Assembly: GCA_963717465.1 (NCBI GenBank)
Contig: OY970340.1
Location: 96,001-160,000 of the forward strand
Direction of reading: 5' to 3'
DNA from: Candidatus Bathyarchaeota archaeon
Lineage (GTDB): Archaea > Thermoproteota > Bathyarchaeia > Bathyarchaeales > Bathycorpusculaceae
DNA: 64,000 bases
In this document: positions 58,225 to 64,000 of the stretch, in pieces
Position numbering within the stretch: the stretch's first letter is position 1
Layout: each line of letters begins with the position of its first letter
Notes under the pieces: model-generated
Database searches by the model: none
Seen by the model: only the letters and a program-made list of their open reading frames with translations
What the model was told of the DNA's origin: nothing
Program-made: the position numbers and the translations under genes

Positions 58225-60936
58225 ATGGCTCAGCAAAAGTTAGACGCTTATTACAAAACGACAGATAAGCCTGTAAAGAACACGGAAACCGTGACGAAGG
58301 CATCAGCTTCACAAGTTCAAGCAACAAGTATTCCAGTTGAGAAAAGGAAAGAAAAGAAACGCCGAAATTTTCCTCTTGTTGCGCCTAAAAATCTTCCGCC
58401 GTCATATTTTGTTTCAGCATCCTATGATGGGCGCCAAAAAAAAGCAGTAGTGAAACTGTATGAACCTGAGTCAGGTCAAATATTTTTCTGGTATGATAAC
58501 ACTGGTCACAAACCTTACTGCTTAACTAACTTGTCACCGTATGATCTGGAGAAAATTGACCGTTTAGTTAATCATGAGGGTTTTGATAGCCTTGAACTTA
58601 TTGAAAAGTTTAATCCATTAATCAACGAGCAAGTTAAAGTTACAAGAATACTGGCAAAGGATCCTTTAGCTATCGGCGGACGACCAGGAGGCACGATCAG
58701 AGATATTATTCCGCAAGATTTTCCAGAAGTTGCTGACGGCAAAATTGAGCCTGAAGAAATTAAGATTTGGGAATCCAAAATCAAGTATTACCAGTCTTAT
58801 ATTTATGACCGACAGCTTTTGCCAGGCATGATTTATGAAGTGAAAGATGATAAGCTTGTACTCAAGATTGTTGATGATGCGGAAAAGTCTCTTAACCAGA
58901 TAAGATCAATTTTCACTGATGCCACAGAAGAAGAACGGGAATACTTGGAAGCGTGGGCTAGACTGCTTGAGTACCCAGCGCCAAAGTTTCGAAGAGCAGC
59001 TGTAGACATTGAGGTTTATGCGCCTGTTGCAACAAGAGTTCCTGATCCTCGTGAAGCTGTCTATCCAGTGATAGCTACTTCCGTTTATAGTTCAGATGGC
59101 GAAAAAAAAGTTCTGATATTGAGACGCGAAGGCGTTAGAGAAGGCAATCAACATTTAGCAGCTGACATCACATTGGAATACTGCGACACGGAAGAGGAAT
59201 TACTAAAAAAAGTCTTCGAAGTTCTCAACGATTACCCATTCATCTTAACATTCAATGGAGACGACTTTGACCTACGCTACCTTACGCATCGCGCCTTAAA
59301 CTTGGGCTTAAACAGGAATGAGGTTCCAATAGAGGTTGGCAAACGAGTATGCCTCTTAAAATACGGGGTACACATTGACCTCTACAAATTCTTCTTCAAT
59401 AGGTCAATTCAAATCTACGCTTTCAACAATCGCTACCGAGATGTTACACTAGGCGACGTGGGAAACGCGCTTATTGGATTAGAAAAAATTCATTTGGAAA
59501 AAAACTTCGGAGACCTAAACTACTCTGAGCTTGCGCAGTACTGCCTGAGAGATTCAGAAATCACTTACAAACTAACCAGCTTTGACGATGACTCCGCAAT
59601 GAAGCTCATTTTAGTATTAGCTAGAATAAGCAGCATGCCGATGGAAGACGTTAGCCGCCAAGGCGTATCTCGATGGATCCGTAATTTTATGCATCGAGAA
59701 CACAGAAAAAGAAATTATTTAATTCCTAACGCTCAAGACATTCTTACAGCAAAAGGCAAAACCGCCACTATCGCTATTATTAAAGGGAAAAAGTACAAGG
59801 GTGCCATCGTAGTCGAGCCGACTCCTGGAGTGCATTTTAACGTTGCCGTCATGGATTTTCCAAGCCTATATCCATCGATAATTAAAGTTTGGAACCTTGG
59901 TTACCAGTCAATACTTTGCAATCACCCTGAATGCAGAAAACACGTTATACCTGATACACCTCACTGGGTATGCGTCAAAAAGAGAGCACTAGAAAGCCTG
60001 CTTATCGGTTCATTGAGAGATTTGCGTGTCCGCTGGTACAAGCAACGCTCAAAAGATAAGACATTGCCACCTGAATTGAGAAGCTGGTACAACATTACTC
60101 AAGGAGCACTAAAAGTTATTTTAAACGCGAGTTACGGAGTTTTCGGCGCTGACAGTTTTGACTTGTATTGTCCACCAGTTGCGGAAGCAACAGCAGCCAT
60201 CGGCAGGTACTCTATAACTCAAATACTTAAACACGCAGAAACATTAGGCATCCAAGTGCTATATGGCGACACAGATAGCTTGTTTTTGAAAAACCCTTCT
60301 AAAGAGCAAATTGACGCGTTAATCCGTTATACGGAACACGAATTGAATATGGGCATCGACATGGATAAGAACTACAGGTACGCAGTTTTCAGTTCCCGCA
60401 AAAAAAATTATCTGGGCGTACTTGAAGATGGCACTGTTGACGTGAAAGGTTTAACGGGAAAGAAAAAACACATTCCAATATTCATAAAGAACGCTTTCAA
60501 CAATATGAAAGAGCGCTTAGCAAAAGTTAAGAGCCCAACGGATTTTGAAAAGGCAAAAAAAGACATCGCTGACATAGTTCGCGACCGCTACACGAAGCTT
60601 AAGAGAAGAGAGTGGGACAACATCAGCGAACTTGCATTTCATGTGGTCTTAGGAGAAGAACTCGTGCATTATACCAAAACAACGCCCCAGCACGTTAAGG
60701 CAGCGAGAATTCTGCAGCAAAACGGAGTTGAACTAAAAGCAGGCGATTTGATTAGCTTCGTTAAGGTCATAAGGGAGCCACGTGTGAAACCTGTTGAGTT
60801 AACTTCAAAAAATGAGGTTGATGTGGACAAGTATATTGATTACTTGCATTCCACTTTTGATCAGGTTCTTGACGCTTTAGGCTTAAGTTTCGACGAGATT
60901 ATTGGCTTAACAAAGCTTGAAAGATTCCTTGCTTAG
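58225..60936 (+). CDS. polB1: Family B DNA polymerase (PolB1-type)
   Basis: DIEV and FNGDDFD exonuclease motifs; DFPSLYPSII, KVILNASYGVFG and YGDTDS. Confidence 0.95.
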   Translation: MAQQKLDAYYKTTDKPVKNTETVTKASASQVQATSIPVEKRKEKKRRNFPLVAPKNLPPSYFVSASYDGRQKKAVVKLYEPESGQIFFWYDNTGHKPYCLTNLSPYDLEKIDRLVNHEGFDSLELIEKFNPLINEQVKVTRILAKDPLAIGGRPGGTIRDIIPQDFPEVADGKIEPEEIKIWESKIKYYQSYIYDRQLLPGMIYEVKDDKLVLKIVDDAEKSLNQIRSIFTDATEEEREYLEAWARLLEYPAPKFRRAAVDIEVYAPVATRVPDPREAVYPVIATSVYSSDGEKKVLILRREGVREGNQHLAADITLEYCDTEEELLKKVFEVLNDYPFILTFNGDDFDLRYLTHRALNLGLNRNEVPIEVGKRVCLLKYGVHIDLYKFFFNRSIQIYAFNNRYRDVTLGDVGNALIGLEKIHLEKNFGDLNYSELAQYCLRDSEITYKLTSFDDDSAMKLILVLARISSMPMEDVSRQGVSRWIRNFMHREHRKRNYLIPNAQDILTAKGKTATIAIIKGKKYKGAIVVEPTPGVHFNVAVMDFPSLYPSIIKVWNLGYQSILCNHPECRKHVIPDTPHWVCVKKRALESLLIGSLRDLRVRWYKQRSKDKTLPPELRSWYNITQGALKVILNASYGVFGADSFDLYCPPVAEATAAIGRYSITQILKHAETLGIQVLYGDTDSLFLKNPSKEQIDALIRYTEHELNMGIDMDKNYRYAVFSSRKKNYLGVLEDGTVDVKGLTGKKKHIPIFIKNAFNNMKERLAKVKSPTDFEKAKKDIADIVRDRYTKLKRREWDNISELAFHVVLGEELVHYTKTTPQHVKAARILQQNGVELKAGDLISFVKVIREPRVKPVELTSKNEVDVDKYIDYLHSTFDQVLDALGLSFDEIIGLTKLERFLA

Positions 60937-61485
60937 TCATTTTTGTTCCAAAACTTTTAGTCCACGAGACTTTAAGGGTCCTACAACATTTGGTCGGCTG
61001 AGAGTTGAAAGCAGAATGTATCCTAATACGCCTACAGTGATTAAGCTGCTTATCGTTATGCTGGTTATGCTTGCTAACCAAATGGGCAAAACTCCTAAAA
61101 CATTAGGTGGAGGAAAGAACAGCCAAAGATAACCACCAACAATAAATCCAATGGGCAAAGCACCGATGATGCAGGCTGGTAAGCGATATCTTCTCAGGAG
61201 CATAATAAGACATGCAGCGACCAGATTAGCAATCGGACCCAAAATCACATCCGTTGGGTTTACGTAGAAGTAAGCGTTTGTCAAAAGGCAGCCAACAGTG
61301 ACTCCACCAACTACAGGCCAACCGAAAAGTGCTGCTAAAGGAATAAGGGCATCAGCGATTCGCAATTGAATTGGACCAAAAGTAATAATAGGACTTCCTG
61401 AGACGAAGGATTCTAAAATGTTTATGACAACGTAGAGCGCAGTGAAAACGGCTGTCAGGGTTAAGTCTCGACTATTGAAATTCAC
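60937..61485 (-). CDS. queT: QueT-family ECF S-component transporter (GTG start after GGAGGT)
   Basis: ALYV...FGPIQLRIADAL...GCLLTN. Confidence 0.8.
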   Translation of the reverse strand: MNFNSRDLTLTAVFTALYVVINILESFVSGSPIITFGPIQLRIADALIPLAALFGWPVVGGVTVGCLLTNAYFYVNPTDVILGPIANLVAACLIMLLRRYRLPACIIGALPIGFIVGGYLWLFFPPPNVLGVLPIWLASITSITISSLITVGVLGYILLSTLSRPNVVGPLKSRGLKVLEQK

Positions 61486-61555
61486 TTTTACACCTCCTAC
61501 ACCGGGGTTTCTTTTCATGGCGGAACGGGTGGAGGCACCACCTACCCGCCAATTG
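61486..61555 (-). promoter_or_regulatory. Structured 5' leader of queT (candidate riboswitch)
   Basis: GC-rich hairpin at 61518-61551 contains GCCUCC, complementary to the GGAGGU RBS. TATA-like TTTAATAA near 61580. Confidence 0.5.
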
Positions 61556-61626
61556 ACGATTCACATGTAAAACAGGTTATTAAACGTTCCAACTTAAAAC
61601 ACGAAAAAAGGGGCATGTGAAATGAA

Positions 61627-62520
61627 TCATAACAGCGCAAACAGAAGGGCTAATAAAGTGAAAACCAAGAAGATTAAAGCGACAATTGCGACGGCTCTGC
61701 GCTCAGTCATTGGATGCTTGTAAGTTATTAAAGTCATTAAGCTGCGTACATGATTGGAAACAAGTTTTTCTCCGTCGAATGCCACTTGTGCTTTTTTCCT
61801 GACAAAGAAGACTGTTGCAAGAATCAATATGGAATTGAAGACGTAGGGCAAGATGGAGATTATCATGAAAGATTTTAGATCTGCAATTACCGCGAATGAG
61901 GCTATTGTCATGCCAATGGCAAAGGAGCCAGAGTTTCCGACAAATATTTTGCCCTGAAAGTTAAAGCCTGTAAGTATTAACCATACTATCAAGGGTCCTG
62001 TTAAGAGATAAACGTATGAGTTTGATAGCGCCATCAATCCAAGAAGCACTATTGCCGAACAGATCGTTTCGAGACCATTAAAACCGCCGAGCATGTTAAC
62101 CGTGTTGGTTACTATCATGACGATCAACGGTATGATTATGAAGATGTACACGGAGCCAAATTGTATGGATCCAAAATAGGGCAGTGAGATGGATGTTCGA
62201 ATAGCGCTGTTTTGCACGCCTTCATAGGCATAGTACATTAAGGGTAGTGCGGCAATCAGTGGCATGAAGGCCTTGTAGCGCCATTTCAGATCCATCCAAT
62301 CGTCTAAGAGACCCATGAAACCACCGAAAAGTATGCATACAGCCAGCGTTAATGAGGCTGAGACCCCGTTTATTGATGTGTCGATGCCTAGCCTGAAGAT
62401 TTTGCTAAGAAAATAAATTACGAAAAGGTAAATGGTGGTTATTAAGATGTAAATTACACCGTAACCATTTGGAACTAAAGGTTGCCCAGGTTTATGTTGA
62501 TCTGGAACCTTTGGAAACAT
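61627..62520 (-). CDS. UDP-GlcNAc:dolichol-phosphate GlcNAc-1-P transferase (glycosyltransferase family 4, AglH/Alg7-like)
   Basis: DQHKPG, GLLDDW, NTVNMLGGFNGLE and FVGNSGS motifs. Confidence 0.85.
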   Translation of the reverse strand: MFPKVPDQHKPGQPLVPNGYGVIYILITTIYLFVIYFLSKIFRLGIDTSINGVSASLTLAVCILFGGFMGLLDDWMDLKWRYKAFMPLIAALPLMYYAYEGVQNSAIRTSISLPYFGSIQFGSVYIFIIIPLIVMIVTNTVNMLGGFNGLETICSAIVLLGLMALSNSYVYLLTGPLIVWLILTGFNFQGKIFVGNSGSFAIGMTIASFAVIADLKSFMIISILPYVFNSILILATVFFVRKKAQVAFDGEKLVSNHVRSLMTLITYKHPMTERRAVAIVALIFLVFTLLALLFALL

Positions 62521-62546
62521 GACGTTCGCGTCCTAACTTTCTTGAA

Positions 62547-64000
62547 TTAACCAGTCGAAGTTGCGTTATCGTAAGCGCTCCAGTTAATTTGGTACAGGGC
62601 AACCAGCGGTATGAGATAGACCCCTGTACCAATTTCATACTGCGTAGTCACATCTAAACCCTCAATATGCGCAAGCGTAAAGTAAGTTGGTGTTGCTCCT
62701 GTTTGACCACTAATATAATTGCTCAAGTCGTTCTCAGATGCCCATGTCTGCTCCACATTACTCAACAACTTGAAAATAGTCGAGTTAAGGCCCATAGCAT
62801 TCCATTGCCATGTATTTGTAGTTGTGTTTTCTAAGCCGAAGTTGTTTTGGTTTGTCCAATTGTATTCATTATTCATCCAGCTTGTTCCAAAAGATTCATT
62901 ACTCATGAATCTGCTCTGTGCTTCTCCGGAAATGCTTGCCATCCACGACCATTTACCTTCATCGCCATAACCTGCAAAACCGACCGAGTATCCGCTGCTT
63001 GAAGCTTGAAGTTCAAGTGTCACGAAAACTAGTACGTAGGAAGCATTATAGTGCTGTAGCATTTGTAGTGATTGAGTTTCAGTAGCCATAAAACTGTATG
63101 CTTGATTTTCAATTTGTGTAGTATTCTCAGTCGTGTTATCCGTTATTGTTGTGACATTTCCCTGTACAGTCAGCCATTCGCCGTAATCCCACCATGCACT
63201 AACTACTGTTGTAGAGTTAAGATTAGTCTTCATCCAGTTCAGCATATTTGACCATTGTGGCACTGATGTTGCAAGCGGAAGGCTAGAGGCTGTTATCGTT
63301 AGTGGCACGTAAGCGGAAGAGTATGCCCTAGGTACGCCGTTTGTTTGAGGAGAAAACGCAAGATTACTAACCAACAAAACAAAAATCAATAAGACAGCGA
63401 TAATGCTGAACTCTTTGCCAACACGGCGCAAACGCTGCTTCGCCTTCACTGAAATATGCGAAGGTTCCTTAAGAAGCAAGTAGAAGGGTTTAAGCACGCC
63501 CACAATGCCTAAGGCAGCAATCAATCCAAAAGCTGGAGCCAAAATCACCAGTAACCGCACCATCGAAGCTGCAAAATACAAGCCCGTTAAACCGAATAAT
63601 ATCAAGAAAATGTTTTTTGTAGTTGGATTTCTAATTACAAAGTACAATCCAATTATGAAGAATAGTATGGAGATTCCAAATTCAACGTACATTTGACCCC
63701 ACGAGGTAATTGCGTGTTCAGCAACCGAAGCTAAGATTGGAGTGTCGACTCGATAGAACGGGTCAACTGTCGATACAAATTTGGTTGCAATACTTGATAT
63801 CTTGCCATCATGCCATAAATATGCAAGACCACCAGCTAAGGCAGCAATTATGAAGCCGGAAAGAACAGTCTTGTATTTCATAGATTTGAGTTCCTGCCAG
63901 ATTTCTGACACGAATAGCAACACGAACACGGCTGAAGCTGCCAATACCGGAGCTGTCAGAAGATAGTCGATGGTCAGATAGGTCATGTTTATGCTTAAGA
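62547..64000 (-). CDS. aglB: Oligosaccharyltransferase AglB/STT3 (5' part outside window)
   Basis: SVAEH and WWDYG motifs. Confidence 0.92.
   Translation of the reverse strand, partial: LSINMTYLTIDYLLTAPVLAASAVFVLLFVSEIWQELKSMKYKTVLSGFIIAALAGGLAYLWHDGKISSIATKFVSTVDPFYRVDTPILASVAEHAITSWGQMYVEFGISILFFIIGLYFVIRNPTTKNIFLILFGLTGLYFAASMVRLLVILAPAFGLIAALGIVGVLKPFYLLLKEPSHISVKAKQRLRRVGKEFSIIAVLLIFVLLVSNLAFSPQTNGVPRAYSSAYVPLTITASSLPLATSVPQWSNMLNWMKTNLNSTTVVSAWWDYGEWLTVQGNVTTITDNTTENTTQIENQAYSFMATETQSLQMLQHYNASYVLVFVTLELQASSSGYSVGFAGYGDEGKWSWMASISGEAQSRFMSNESFGTSWMNNEYNWTNQNNFGLENTTTNTWQWNAMGLNSTIFKLLSNVEQTWASENDLSNYISGQTGATPTYFTLAHIEGLDVTTQYEIGTGVYLIPLVALYQINWSAYDNATSTG

Noticed and set aside
9311..63966. 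Numerous short antisense or overlapping ORFs in the six-frame track
   Set aside because: They are shadows of well-supported genes, with no motifs or independent signals.

Overview
Archaeal chromosomal window, most likely Bathyarchaeia. This is inferred from the S19e-PDCD5-L39e-L31e-eIF6-L18a-pfdA-ftsY cluster, TgtA, PolB1-type polymerase, an arcadin-1-like gene, MtrH-like genes and AglB. Scattered single-base indels split many housekeeping genes, which suggests residual long-read errors. The flanks are mostly housekeeping, plus a 2.9-kb relic element integrated in tRNA-Pro with a split SSV-type integrase. The centre (about 21.0-38.5 kb) is an accessory island. It holds two paralogous cassettes, each with an acetylene-hydratase-like Mo/W-bis-PGD enzyme, a pyrrolysine-free MttB-family methyltransferase, a corrinoid protein and Lrp-like regulator(s). 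It also holds a Pyl-free MtmB homolog, an SCP2-like protein and a decayed SDR. Key observations: (1) Both Mo/W enzymes carry an in-frame TGA exactly at the metal-ligand Cys position. Each TGA is followed immediately by a conserved in-frame hairpin resembling a bacterial-type SECIS, so these are candidate selenoproteins in a lineage and configuration not known to me for archaea. (2) A promoter module of about 110 bp with fixed spacing recurs nine times across the island. (3) Three of these promoters drive no protein gene but structured small RNAs, whose hairpin loops are complementary to ribosome-binding sites of the island's own genes and to the base of the SECIS-like hairpin. A candidate translational riboswitch precedes queT.
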